Source of the DNA: Eimeria praecox
Taxonomy: Eukaryota
Direction: 5' to 3'
Length of the DNA: 64,000 nucleotides
Assembly (NCBI GenBank): GCA_963920595.1
Contig: OY986949.1
Span: 1,364,001-1,428,000 of the forward strand
Below the pieces are notes generated by a model. The model saw only the letters and a program-made list of their open reading frames with translations, was not told the origin of the DNA and did not search any database. This document shows positions 26,460 through 45,155 of the stretch, in pieces. A program made the translations under genes and the position numbers. Every line of letters starts with the position of its first letter. Position 1 is the first letter of the stretch.

Positions 26460-26694
26460 ATTGTAAACAAATAAATAACTAGCTAACTAAATAAATAACT
26501 ATCTAAATAAATAAATAAATAAGTAAATAAATAAATAAAATAGATAAATAAACAAATAAATAAATAAACAAATAAACAAAGACATATTAGCAGCATATCT
26601 CATCAAACTGTCTCCTTCAAGGAGACAGTTAAACTCTCAAGCAAGAGAGGGACTTGCTGCTTTCCTTCTATCGGTTCTGTAGAGTATAAACAGC

Positions 26695-27175
26695 TCTCTA
26701 GCTAGCTGTCTAGCTAGCTAGCTAGCTAGCCAGATAGCTAGCTGCCTAGCTAGCTAGCTAGCTAGCTAGCCAGCTAGCTGTCTGGCTAGCCTCCCCTTAG
26801 TGTTTAAAATTAGACGTTACAATTTAGGTTTACACCTTCAGACAGCCAAGCAGCCAACAGCTAGCTAACAGATAGCTAGCTAGCAGCTAGCTAACATATA
26901 GCTAGCTAGCAGCTAGCTAACATATAGCTAGCTAGCAGCTAGCTAGCAGCTAGCTAACAGATAGCTAGCTAGCAGCTAGGTAGCAGCTAGTGAGGAACTA
27001 GATAACAGCTAAACTGCAGTACTGCAGCTAGCCACCGGCTAGCTAGCTGCTTTTCGAAAGCTAGCCAACACTTAGCTGACAGCTAGCTAGCAGCTAGCTA
27101 ACAGCTAGCTAACAGCTAGCCAGTAGCTAGCCAGTAGCTAGCCAATAGCTAGCAAGTAGCTAGCTAACAGCTATC
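26695..27175. repeat. (TAGC)n self-complementary repeat cluster; related clusters at 1-65, 13310-13352, 22090-22395 and 45260-45575
   Basis: Direct reading. Confidence 0.85.
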
Positions 27176-27558
27176 CAGGTAGTAACGACTACTTCTAAAG
27201 CACTTTCAATCACTTGTAAGGAGTAAACAGCCTTCGTAAAAATACAAAAAGATATTTATGCAAAGAGGAGAGAGAGACAGAGAGAGAGGGAGAGGGAGAC
27301 AGAGACAGAGAGAGACAGAGAGAGACAGGGGGAGAGACAGAGAGAGACAGAGAGAGACAGAGGGAGAGACAGACAGAGAGAGAGAGAGAGACAGAAAGAG
27401 ACAGTGACAGAGAGAGAGACAGGAAGAGTCCCCTGTAGGAGGAAGGAGACAAAGGAGACAGCTGTCTCCTCTCTGCTGTCTCCTTCCTCGAGAGGCCGTT
27501 GCAGACCCCACAGCCTACAGAGTAAGTGCTTCTTATCACGTCTACTATTCTGTCTCTG

Positions 27559-27649
<91 letters not shown>

Positions 27650-28070
27650 ATCTCTGTCTCTGTCTCTCTTTCTCTCTCTGTCTCTTTCTGTCTCTCTCTG
27701 TCTCTCTTCCTCTCTGTCTCTTTCTGTCTCTCTCTCTCTCCCTCTTTCTCTGTCCCCCTCCCTCTCTCTCTCTGTCTCTGTCTGTCTCTCCTTGTATACT
27801 AACTGTCTCTTCTCCCTGTTTTATTAAAAATATGCTTCTTAATGCATCAGACTCTCTTAGAGTCAACCTCAGCAAATATTTATATATGTTATTAATATTA
27901 ACATTATATATAATTTATTTATAATTATATTTATAATATAGTAATATAAATATATAAACTACATATAATTATACTTTAAATATGGAAAATAACTATATTA
28001 TTATATTATAAATATTCAGAATGTATATAATATATTACTATAGTACAAATACACAATATACTTATATTAT

Positions 28071-28111
<41 letters not shown>

Positions 28112-28500
28112 ATATTACTGTAGTATAAATATTAAGACTAGATCCTTATATTACTATATTATAAATCAATAATATACGTAGATATCTATATTATAAATAT
28201 TTTGAAAATATAAAATATATTAATAAAATGAATATTAAGAATATATACTTATATTATTCTACTATAAAAATTAATAATATATGCTTATATCTTAATATAC
28301 ACTTATTATATTATTTATATTAATAATATATACTTATATATCTTAATATATATTTATGATATTATATTATAAATAATAATAATATATATTTATATATTTT
28401 TGTATGTTTTGCTCTGTTTGTAAGGAGACAGAAGAGAAGAGATTGTCGCTGTATTGTACAGTACTCCGTGCTACATCTATGTTTATGTTTATATATATGT

Positions 28501-28546
<46 letters not shown>

Positions 28547-28593
28547 ATGTCTATGTGTATGTATATATATATACCTATGTCTATGTCTATGTC

Positions 28594-29047
28594 TATATCT
28601 ATATCTATATATCTATATCTATGTATCTATATCTATATCTATATCTATATCTATATCTATATCTATATCTATATCTATATCTATATCTATATCTATATCT
28701 ATATCTATATCTATATCTATATCTATATCTATATCTATATCTATATCTATATCTATATCTATATCTATATCTATATCTATATCTATATCTATATCTATAT
28801 CTATATCTATATCTATATCTATATCTATATCTATATCTATATCTATATCTATATCTGTATCTATATCTACATATCTATATCTACATATCTATATACCTAT
28901 ATCTATATATCTGTATCTATATATCTATATCTATATGTATGTCTATATATCTATATATCTATATCTATATATCTATATCTATATATCTATACCTATATAT
29001 CTATATATCTATATATCTATATATCTATATCTACATATCTATATCTA
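28594..29047. repeat. (ATATCT)n microsatellite
   Basis: Long near-perfect hexanucleotide run. Confidence 0.95.
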
Positions 29048-29171
29048 TGTTTGGCTGTTAACAAGAAGAAGACAGACAATAAACATATCTTCCTCTCATA
29101 GAGAATGCTGCAGTGTCTGTCTCCTTTCAAGTGTCTCTAAAATGCAGCAGCAGCAGCAACAACAACAGCAA

Positions 29172-29203
<32 letters not shown>

Positions 29204-29204
29204 A

Positions 29205-29239
<35 letters not shown>

Positions 29240-29518
29240 TCTCTAAGGCCTCTGAGGGTCTGTCTCTCTTTCTGTCTTCTCTACATCAGCTGTTCGTACA
29301 CCCGAAGGAGACAGTGAAGAGACAGTAAGGAGACAGCTTCTCTCTCTCTTGTCTGTCTCTCCTCTCTTAAGATATCTAACCCCGTATCAATTTATAGAAT
29401 ATATATAAATAAATATAATATTATATTAAAGGAGATAGTTAATTATATATTAAGAAGAGACAAAAGCAACATATTCATAAAAAAGAGACAGTTGTTGCTG
29501 TTGTTGCTGCTGTTGTTG

Positions 29519-29563
<45 letters not shown>

Positions 29564-29680
29564 CTAGTCCCCTATCTCTGCTTTCTGGTGTAGCTTGATG
29601 TTGTTCTCCCTTCCTTTTTTATTATTTTATTTTATATTTATATATCTTTTATTATTATTGTTGCTTCTTCAGATTACACA

Positions 29681-29747
<67 letters not shown>

Positions 29748-30003
29748 AGGGGTAGTATATACACCTCGATGTTTGTGTGTATAGACATCAATCCATCTTA
29801 TCTTTCTTAATCTTTGTGTGTATATTTAATTATGTTTATAAAAACATAATTAAATATAAATATATAAAACTATAAATATATTTATATATATATTCTCTCT
29901 CCCTCTCTCTCTTCTCTCTCTCTCCTCTCTCTCTCTTCTCTCTCTCTTCTCTCTCTCTTCTCTCTCTCTTCTCTCTCTCTTCTTAACTGTCTCTTCAGCT
30001 ATA

Positions 30004-34349
<4,346 letters not shown>

Positions 34350-35032
34350 AGTGTCTCCTCATCTTAACTGTCTCCTTCTTTTCTTCTTATATATATATAT
34401 ATATATATATCTTATATTTGCTTGTCTTCGCCTTATACTTTATTCTACTGCCTCCTCCTTCTCTTTGTCGCTGCTGTACTGTCTCTTCATCTCCCTCTAA
34501 TCTTTCTGTCTCCTTTTTTATTTTTATTCTGTCTCCTTCTTCTTCTCTTCTACGAGACGATATTGATTCTGTTATGTTATGTTATGTGTTATATTATTTT
34601 ATTAACTTGTCTCCTCTGTCTTATCTGTCTCCTTTCTCCTACTGTCTCCTCTTGTCTCCTGTTTGTATCTGCCCCTGTATATGCCTGTCTCCATCGAAGG
34701 CCTAAGGGTGTTTGTTTGTCTAGGGATTGCTGCTGCTGCAGCAGCAGCAGCAACAGCAGCAGCAGCACAAGCTGCTGCGGCATCAGCTGCAGCAGCAGCA
34801 GAATAAGCTGCAGCGGCAGCACTAGCAGCAGCAGCAACAGCAGCAGGAAGGGTGGTCTATCTATACAGCGCGCTTGTCTCCTTTGCTGTTTATCTAGAGG
34901 CCCTTCTTGTTGCTGCTGCAGGGTTGGGGTGTCTCTTCTGCTGCAGCGCAGCACAGCTGCTGCTTCTGTGTCTCTTCGGAGACACTTTATTTTCTGTGGG
35001 ATAGAGACACCCCGTTGAAGAAGGAGACAGAA

Positions 35033-35084
<52 letters not shown>

Positions 35085-35891
35085 GCACTGTATGCGGTGT
35101 ACGGACAGCTTGAGGTGTATAGGGAGATAGCTAGACACACCCGGGGATAATAGGGTTAGCATATTAATATAGTTAAGAGAGAAAGACAGAAGAGATTAAA
35201 CAAATACAAATACTGTTAGAGAGAAATAAACTGTAGAGAGAGAGAGGGAGAGGGAGAGGGAGAGACACTTAATTAGAACGCATGCATGCAGAGACAGACA
35301 GCCCCGAAGGTCTGCAGCAGCAACAGCAAAGGAGACAGAGAGGAGACACACGGCAATCAGATACGAAGCCGCTAGCTGTATATACACCTCAACTAGGAGG
35401 AGGGGTGTGGTAGTGTTGCTAGTGTTGCTAAGGAGAGAGGAGGAGAGGAGAGAGACAATAAGAAAGAGACAGACAGACAGAGAGAGACGAGAGAAGAAGA
35501 GACAGAAGAAAGGAGACAGACACCTGGAGACACGAATAATCTTAAAACAAAGGAGACAGCTACCCCACACTTTAATATGAGACGTTTGAAGGACCGTTGA
35601 TTACGTTCTTGCTGTCTCCTGTCTCCTTATCTACTCGACATATGTCTCTACATATCTCTACTCTATCTGTCTCCTCTCCTCTCTCTTCTTCTCTTCTCTC
35701 TCCTCTCTCTATTTATATTGACTGTCTCTTCTGTCCCCTATGGCTTCTGTCTTCCTCGAGTGTCTGTCTCTTTATCTGTCTCTCCGTCTCTGTTGACTCT
35801 GTCTCTTTATCTGTCTCTCTGTCTCTCTTGCCTGTCTCTACCTCCCCTGCCCCTCCTGTTTCTTCTTTTAACTTCTGTGTGCTGCTCTCTC

Positions 35892-35979
<88 letters not shown>

Positions 35980-36033
35980 ACAGATATGAGGAGACAGATA
36001 GGCAAGCAGACAGAGACAGAGAGACAGAAAAAT

Positions 36034-36085
<52 letters not shown>

Positions 36086-36757
36086 CTCTGTCTCTGTCTG
36101 TCTCTGTCTCCTTGCCTATCTGTCTGCTCCTATCTGTCTGTTCATATCTGTCTATCCTCTCTTCTAAAACCATTCTACTCCACCACCATACTTGCAGCAC
36201 TTGATTCGTGTAAAAACAAAGAAAAGAGGAGCCCCTCAGAGAGAGGGCTTTCAACACAAAATAAAAAGGAGACAGTAGATATTAAAACAAGTGTCTCCTT
36301 TAATACACAAAAAAAGGAGACACCTCAGACAAGGAAGTGTCTCCGAGGGTCTCCGCTGCCTCGACTGTCTGTCTGTCTCCATATCATATGAAGACAGTTC
36401 CTGTGTACATGCATGTATATATAATATAAATAATATTTATATTTTAAGTATATAGAATATATATATATACAATATTGTATATATTATATATGGGACGCAT
36501 ATAATATATATAGAATATATATTATATATATAGTATAAATAATATATATATTACAATATGCATATATTATATATATTGTATATATGATATATATAATATA
36601 TACATCATAATATATATATGTATATATAAAACATATATACAATTATATATATAGATATATATATTTTTATACATATCTATACACAAAAACATCGACATAC
36701 ATATATATGTATGTACTTTCACTTAACAAAACGTATACACATAGCTGCAGACGTATA

Positions 36758-36835
<78 letters not shown>

Positions 36836-37360
36836 TTATAGAAAGCCTTGTGAAGAAAGTTAATATGAAACGTTCCAACGGACCATCAAACGGAGACGAG
36901 GAGACACCTCAAGGGCCCTACATTGATTGGAGCCATAGGAGACAGGAGACAGAAAGAGAGACAGGAGACAGACAGGAGAGAGGAGAGGAGAGCGAGAGAC
37001 ACACACACACAGGAGACACGAGGCAGAGAAGAAGAGAGAGGAGAGAGAGGAGAGAGAGGCAGAGGAGACGGAAGACAAGAAGACAGGGGAGAGGAGACAG
37101 CAGAGAGGAGACAGACGAGAGGAGACAGCAGAGAGGAGACAGGAGACAGAAGAGACAGGAGACAGAAGAGACAGGAGACAGGCCTATCTGTATGCTGTCT
37201 TAATAATGTCTAAACAATCATCATTGCGTCTCCTTCGTGTTGCTGCTGCAGGGAAGCAATCATTGACAGGTGAGGAGACACTCCGTGGGGTGTCTCCGCA
37301 CCTCTTACAGAGAAAGGGGTTCTCTGTGTCTCCTTCTGTCTTCTCATACGCTTTTGCTGC

Positions 37361-37429
<69 letters not shown>

Positions 37430-37469
37430 TCCTTTTATATATTCTGCTGTCTGTCTCCTTTATTGTCTC

Positions 37470-40400
37470 TTAGTTTGTCTCTTGATCAGAGTCTCCTGAT
37501 AGCTTTGGATTTCTCTCCCATAGAGAATGTCTTAGGGGGGCAGGCTCAGCAACAAGCTCTTCTAAGCTAGCTACGAGTAGCTCCATAGAATCAATTAGGT
37601 CTCCTTCTTCTTCCTCTGTCTCCTTCTCTGCCTGTGCTGCAGCAGCCGTACTTCCTGCTGTCTCCTCCTGGAGGGGCCCCTCGAGTCTGTCCCCTCCCCC
37701 TTGGTTGTTGCTGTCTCCTGTCTCTCTTCCTGGCGCTGAGGCTGCTGCTGTACCAGCAGCACCTGCAGCAGCAGCTGCAGCAGCAGCTGCTGGTGCTGCT
37801 GAGGGTGCTGCTGGTGCTGCAGCAGCAGCTGCTGATGATGATGATGGTGCTGCTGCTTGTGCTGCAGCAGCTGCTGCTGCTGCTGGTGCTGCTGCTGCTG
37901 CTGCTGCTGCTGGTGTAGCAGCAGCAGAAATACCTACTAAAGCTGAGAGCTGCGCACTAAGCGTTTCAAAATCAAGTTGATCTGCTGCAGGTATTGCAGT
38001 GTCTCCTGTCCCCTCCTTTGTCTTCCTTTTCGTCTCCTCCTCTGTCTCCTTTATCTTCTCCTCTTGTCTCTTGTTATCTCTATCTCCTCCCCTTGTACTC
38101 TGTACAGCCCAGGGTCGATGCCGCCAGTCTTTGAAGCCAACAGAATGTGGGGTGTCTCCGCTGCTCGAGGTGTCTCCTTTCGAATCCTCTATGGAGACAC
38201 TGTCTCCTTGCTGCCCCATAGAAACGCTGTAAGCCGTATCTGATACGGGTAAGCTTGGAGATGAAGAAGGAGAACGTCTACGGGAGCCTAAGAGTCCCCT
38301 CCATCCTACTGTCTCCTTTTCAGGTGTCTCTACAGGGGGGAGAGACACTCCCGTATTGTCTGTCGTCTGAGCTGTCTCTACAGTTGTACTCTCTGTCTCC
38401 CCTTCCTGGCCGAAGCCCTTAATCCCCCATATATGGGCTAAGCTGCCCCTACTAGACCCTCCTCTCCATTGATCCTGTGAAGGAGACTGTCCCCCCCACA
38501 GCCTCGAAACTATATCATATCCCTCCTCCGGGGTAGGCGAGCCCTTATCCTTAGTGTAAGGATCTGTCTCCTCACCATACTCAGCTGTCTCCTCTCCATA
38601 CTCAGCTGTCTCCTCTCCATACTCAGCTGTCTCCTCTCCATACTCAGCTGTCTCCTCCCCATACTCAGCTGTCTCCCCACCATAATCAGCTGTCTCTTCT
38701 CCATACTCAGCTGTCTCGTCTCCATATTCAGCTGTCTCCTCCTCAGCCCAGGCTGCCTCATCGACGTACCAGTCTGGCTGCTCTTGTCCCCCCCAGCCTG
38801 TCTCCTCAGCATACCAAGCTGTCTCCTCGGGATATCCCTCGGCCCCCTCCAGATATTCAACTGTCTCCCCAGGATATTCGACTGTCCCATCAGGATATTC
38901 GACTGTCCCGTCAGGATATTGAAATGTCCCGTCAGGATATTGTATTGTCCCATCAGGATATTGAACTGTCCCGTCAGGGTGTGTGATTGTCCCCTCGGGA
39001 TAATCTACTGTCTCCTCAGTGTATCCAACTGTCTCCTCAGGATACCAACCCCCCTCTTCAGGGTACCAAGCTGTATCCTCTGAGTATGTGTTCACATCCC
39101 CCCCATATGCCCCTGTATCTTCTTCGTATCCTTCTACGTACTCCTCTGTCTCCCCCACATAATCCCCTGTCTCCTCCTGAGATCCTGCTGTCTCCTGAGG
39201 TATCTCATCGTCCCCTGTACTCCACGGCATCCCCCCTGTCTCCCCCATATATCCCCCTGTCTCCCCCAGATATCTTGCTGTCTCCTCCATATTGTCGTCC
39301 CCTGTACTCCAAGGTATCCCCCCTGTCTCTGGTGTGTATCCTTCGCCTGTATCTAACAAATAAGGATCTCCTGTGTCCCCCCCCACGTATTCTCCTGTCC
39401 CCTTCATACTGTCTCCTGTCTCCTCTTGAGGACTTGGGGTGTCTCCTTGGAGATGGTCAGACACTCCAACCCTCCACGGAGACACTCGGCTGCCCCTAGT
39501 CAACACTGGGGGTACACCTAAGCTTCTGTCTCTTTCTGCTGTTTCAGGACTATCTCCTTCTTCCTCTGTCTTAATATCTACTGTCTCCTCCTCTTGAGCT
39601 GTCTCCAACGATCTTCTGTCTCCCCACGAAAGGCTTTCGCTGTCTCCTCCTTCATAAAACAAGTCACCATCATACACAGACTCCTCTTCCTCTTCACTGG
39701 CCCCTGTCTCCTGCTGCAGGGGCCCCGTCTCCTGCTGCGGGGGCCCCGTCTGCTGCTGCTGCGGGGGCCCCGTCTGCTGCTGCTGCGGGGGCCCCGTCTG
39801 CTGCTGCTGCGGGGGCCCCGTCTGCTGCTGCTTCGGGGGCTCCGTCTCCTGCTGCTGCAGGGGCCCCGTCTGCTGCTGCTGCTTCGGGGGCCCCGTCTCC
39901 TGCTGCTGCAGGGGCCCCGTCTCCTGCTGCTGCAGGGGCCCTGTCTCCTGCTGCTGCAGGGGCCCTGTCTCCTGCTGCTGCAGGGGCCCCGTCTCCTGCA
40001 GGAAGGGCCAAGCCTCCTGCAGGGAGGGCCAGGCCTCCTCCAGGGGGGACCATGTCTCCTCCTGCGGGGGCCCTGTCCCCTGGAGGGGGGGCCATGTCTC
40101 CCCCAGGGGGGACCACGTCTCCTCGTCCGGGGGCCCCGCCTGCTGCTGTGGGGGCCCCGTCTGCTGCTGCTGGGGCCCCGTCTGCTGCTGCGGGGGCCCT
40201 GCTGTTTCTTTATAGGACCACGCCTGATGCTGCAGGGGGCCCCCCATCTGCTGCTGAAGGAGCTGCTCTTGCTGCAGCAGGGGGGGTGTCTGTTGGTCCT
40301 CCGAAGTTGTGGGGTCATAGAAGAACCCTGTTTGCTGCTGATAGGGCCCCTCTTGTTTTAAGAGACTCTCCTGTTCCTGATCCCCATAGGGAGAGGCTTG

Positions 40401-40497
40401 CTGCTGCAGGGGCCCCGTCTGCTGCTGCAGCAGCATACGTATCTCCTCTGAGCCGCTGCTAAGCCCAACTTCTGAGTCATTAGAAGGGGTTTCATCA

Positions 40498-40530
<33 letters not shown>

Positions 40531-41090
40531 ATCGTGTCTCCTGTCTCCTCTGGTAGCTTGGATGCTCCCTGTGAAGTGTCTCCTTTTGTGTCTCCGGCTG
40601 AGAGAACATCTCCAGTTTCTCCAAGGATAGGAGTGTGGGGCCCCACACCCGGGGTATCGTGACGGGGATCGGGACCGGGATCGGGATCGGAACGGGGATC
40701 GACCGGTACACCAGGGACAGAAGGAAGAGACCCCCATAGAGAAGAAAGAGGAGACAGTAGAAGCCCCTCCTGAAGCGTACTAGGACTCAGAAGAAGGACC
40801 TCTAACTCAGCTACTATAACCGGTAAGGGAGTGAAGAGAGGCCCCTGGAAAGCAATAGTCTCCGTTGATGTAAATATAAGACCGGGACAGCACTGTCTCT
40901 CTACCCCAAACAACCACAACATATCTAGTGAATGTCTGAGCATCTGTCTCCTTCTTAAATCTACTAAACCCCTCAAGTTCATAAACTCCTGTCTTAATTC
41001 TAATAAATTTGTGCTTGCTGCTGTGGCTGCTGCTGTTGCTGCTGCTGCTGCAGCACGTGCTACTGCGGGTGATCCCTGAGAAGAAGATGT

Positions 41091-41132
<42 letters not shown>

Positions 41133-42416
41133 TGCTGCTCCTGCTGCTGCTGCATGTACTCTTTGCTGCAGCATATACCTCCTCATTTGTTGTTTAATAG
41201 ATAATAAAATCCTTAATAAACTACTGGAGGCGAACTGTGTAGAACATAGAAGGGTGTCTCGAAGAGAGGAGACACCATCAGTAGAGACATGAGGAGACAG
41301 AGGAAAGACGGAGACAGCCTGTGTCAGTTGCTGCAGCAGCAGCAATCCTCTATAATCTCGGGGACTATGTAAACCGCTCCCAACCCTATCTGCTGCAGCT
41401 TGAAGGATACGACCGAAAATGAGGAGACACCCGATCGCCCACTGTCTCTCCGATCCCGTTAACAGGCTCCCCACAACCCCCAGTTCTTGTAGTAGGAACC
41501 GTCCTATAGTAATTAGGAATCTATGAGAGGAAGATATATCTAAGCTAAGAGCCAAATCCTCTGTCTGTCTTAATACCTCTCTCATTAATACAGATAAATG
41601 TTTAGGGATACGACGATCCCCACTCAACCCCACACGATCCCGTAAAACAGCGATGCTATCTCCTAAATCTCTGCTCCCAATCTTCCTCTGAACATCTTTC
41701 ACTCCTTCACCACGATCCCGATCCCGATCCCGATCCCAATCTTCTTCCTCCCCTCGATCCCCCTCTCGATCCCCCTCTCGATCCCCTTCTCCTTCCTCTC
41801 TTCTTTCTTCATCTCGATCCCCCTCTCGATCCCCCTCTCGATCCCCCTCTCGACCCCCTTGTCGACCTCCTCCTCGATCCTTATCTCGATCCCGATCCCG
41901 ATCCCGATCCCGATCCCGAACCCCCTGTCTATCTTCATCTCCATCCTCCTCTTCATCTTCCTCCTCCTCCTCCTCCCAATCCCCCTCTCGATCCCCGAGT
42001 CGATCCCCATGTCGATCCCCATATCGATCCCGATCCCGATCCCGATCCCGATCCCACCTGTGTGTTTGTTGATCTGTTTCTTCTTCTTCTTCCTTAGAGG
42101 GTTGCGATATACTACACTCTTCGTTTAATAAAGTGTGGGGTGTTGGGTTTGTACTTAGATGTCTCCCTCTATAGAGTTGTAAGGAGGGATCGAGGGAACG
42201 AAAGCACTGCAGCAGCAGCAGCACTAAAGCCAATGCAGCTGCTGCTGCTGCTGCACCAGTAAACAAAACCCCTGCAGCAGCAGCAGCAGCAGAACCCCCA
42301 ACATACCGTCCCCTCCTCTGCTTCCGTACCAGCAGCAGCCTATCATCTTCAAATTCTGCTGCTGCTCCTGCTGCTCCTCCTGCTGCTCCTGCTGCTCGTG
42401 CTGCTCGTGCTGCTCG

Positions 42417-42457
<41 letters not shown>

Positions 42458-42530
42458 CAGGGCCCCGTTGCACGGCATCTGCTGCTGCTGCATCAAATAC
42501 GGCGTAGGGGGGATATGGAGTTAAACCCAT
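37470..42530 (-). CDS. Hypothetical 1686-aa protein: one N-terminal hydrophobic segment, a central helical non-repetitive domain, acidic and Q/P/G tandem repeats
   Basis: Uninterrupted 5-kb ATG-initiated ORF with long non-repetitive stretches. Hydrophobic segment [27 protein letters not shown] near residues 85-112. Repeats: RD/EGDR, QQ(E)TGP, YPDGT.., EETAEYG. No recognisable catalytic motif. Confidence 0.8.
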
Positions 42531-42647
42531 CGAGCTTTAGAAGGAGACAGATCAATGAGGGGTATAAATAGATAAATAAAAGAAAGGAGACAGAAAGGAT
42601 GTACCCTCCTCCTGCTGCTGCTGCTTTTGCTGCTGCTCTTGCTGCTG

Positions 42648-42681
<34 letters not shown>

Positions 42682-43274
42682 AGGTCACCTTGATCGAGCA
42701 GCAGCAACAGAGGGGGGTTAGATGCATGAGAGACAGCGAAGTGTCTCTTCTTTTCTGTCTCTTTTTGTTTTAATAAATAAATAATTATTATATATTATAG
42801 ATAAAATAAACAACAAGACCTACACACACACAGGGGCCCCCTAACTAACAACCCCCCCCCCCCTTCCCCCCCCTGTGTCTTCTATGGGGGCCCCCCCCCC
42901 CCTCCCGTGTCATCTATGGGGGGCCCCCCTCCACAATATCAGAGAGTTTGTTGCTTGATAGAGACAGACAGATTAGTGCAGCAGCAGCAGAATATATTTT
43001 ATATTTAACAATAAAGAAAAACAACAACGCAGCTTTTGTTGCTGCTGCTGCTGCTGCTGATGCTGCTGCTGCTGCTGCTGCTGCTGTTGGTTGCTGCTGC
43101 TGCTGCTGCTGTGCTCGTTGGGGCGAGCAAGGGTTTGTTGCTGTCTCCTTAGAGCTACAGATAGTTGTTTTTATTTTATTTGTTATAAATAAAACAGAAG
43201 AAGAGACAGAAAGAGACAGATCAAGAAGAGAGGCTGAGACCGCCGGAGACGCCACAACAGCAACTGTCTTCTCT

Positions 43275-44030
43275 CTTGTGTCTCCCCTGTCTCCTTCTGT
43301 CTCCTCCTCTCTCTCCTGTCTCCTCTGTCTCCCCTGTCTCCTCCTGTCTCCTCCTGTACCCTCTGTCTCGATCTGTCTCCCCTGTCTCCTCTGTCTCCCC
43401 TGACTCCTCCTGTCTCCTCCTGTCCCCTCTGTCTCGATCTGTCTCCCCTGTCTCCTCTGTCTCCCCTGTCTCCTCCTGTCTCCTCCTGTCCCCTCTGTCT
43501 CGATCCGTCTCCCCTGTCTCCTCTGTCTCCCCTGTCTCCCCTGTCTCCTCTGTCTCGATCTGTCTCGTGTGTCTCCTCTGTCTCCTCTGTCTCCTCTGTC
43601 TCCTCTGTCTCATGCGTCTCTTGTGTCTCCCCTATCTTCTCTGTCTCCTCCGTCTCCTCTGTCTCGTCTGTCTCGTCTGTCTCGTCCTCTGTCCCCTCTG
43701 TCTCGTCTGTCTCGTCCTCTGTCTCCTCTGTCTCAATCTGTCTCGTGTGTCTCCTCCGTCTCCTGTGTCTCGTCTGTCTCTCGTGTCTGTCTTCTCTGTC
43801 TCCTGTCTCCTTTGTCTCCTCCGACTTCTCTGTCTGCTCTCTCTCCTCTACGTTTTCTGTTTCCTATGGTGCTTCTATCTCCCCCGTCTCTTCTGTCTTC
43901 TGTCCCCTGTGACTCTCCTGTCTCTCGTGTCTCCTCTCTCTTCACTGTCTCCTCTATCCCTCCCTCGTCTTCGGTGTCTCCTACCCCTCACATTCCTTCT
44001 GCTCTCGCTGTCTCCTCTGCCTCCTCTGTC
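43275..44030. repeat. CTGTCTCC low-complexity repeat with higher-order units
   Basis: Repeated TGTCTCGATCTGTCTCCCC landmarks at about 43365, 43431, 43497 and 43551. Confidence 0.8.
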
Positions 44031-44177
44031 TCCTTTGTATTATATTGTCTGTCTCCCCTTTCTCCTCTGTCTCCTCAGAGAGACAGGGGCTCTAACTATC
44101 AAAGGCGAAGCCCGCAGGCTCACAGGAGATCTACAAGGAGACAGAAAGGAGACGATATAGTTGCAGTCTAAGCAGCA

Positions 44178-44212
<35 letters not shown>

Positions 44213-44324
44213 TTTGCTGCTAGGCCACGAGGTGTCTGTACACCGTAGAGTGCTTCAGGCACAGACTAGTCAACAGTCTAACTAACACAAGAAATAATTG
44301 AAGAGACAGACACTCCAGCAGCTG

Positions 44325-45155
44325 CTACTGTCTCCTAGAGACTGTCTCCTTAAAACTGTCTGTCTCCTAAAGGCTGTCTGTCTCCTAGCCTCTACCCCCG
44401 TACCATTCGCACGGAGGCATCACCTGTGAGAGACTGTCTCCTCGAGGAGACTGTCTCCTTGGGCCTGCCTCCGAGAGACTGTCTCCGAGAGGCTGTCCCC
44501 TCTATACTGTCTCCTGCTGTCTCCTCGATACTGTCTCCGAGAGACTGTCTCCCCCTAAGGGTGTCTTCTAGAGACTGTTAGAGACAGTCTGCTAGAGACT
44601 GTATCCGAGAGACTGTCCCCTCCTAAGGGTGTCCCCTCGAGACAGTCCCCTCGATACTGTCTCCGAGAGACTGTCTCCCCCTACAGGTGTGTCGTAGGGA
44701 CTGTCCCCTAAGGGTGTCTCCTCCAGACAGTCTCCTCGATACTGTCTCCGAGGGACTGTCTCCTCCTACAGGTGTCTCCTACGGACTGTCTCCTGAAGGT
44801 GTCCCCTCAGGACTGTCTAACAGAAGTGTTGCCTGAGGGCTGTCTCACAGGGGTGTCTCCTAGGGACTGTGTCTTGGGGACTGTCTCCTACGTCTCCTGT
44901 CTCCTATGGACTGTCTGTCTCCTAAGGAGTGTCTCCTTGGGGATGTCTCTCTCCCTCGTAGGGACTGTCTCCTGAGGGTGTCTCCTAGGGACTGTCCCCT
45001 CAAGGCTCTTCCCTTGAGACTGTCTCCTCGAGACTGTCTCCTCGAGACTGTCTCCTCGAGACTGTCTCCTCGAGACTGTCTCCTCGAGGCTGTCTCCTTG
45101 AGGCTGTCTTCTTGAGACTGTCTCTTGGGGCTTGTCCCCTGGGGACAGTCTCATT
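44325..45155. repeat. Degenerate GAGACTGTCTC palindromic-unit repeat upstream of the 1686-aa ORF
   Basis: Units such as GAGACTGTCTCCTC in tandem. Confidence 0.8.
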
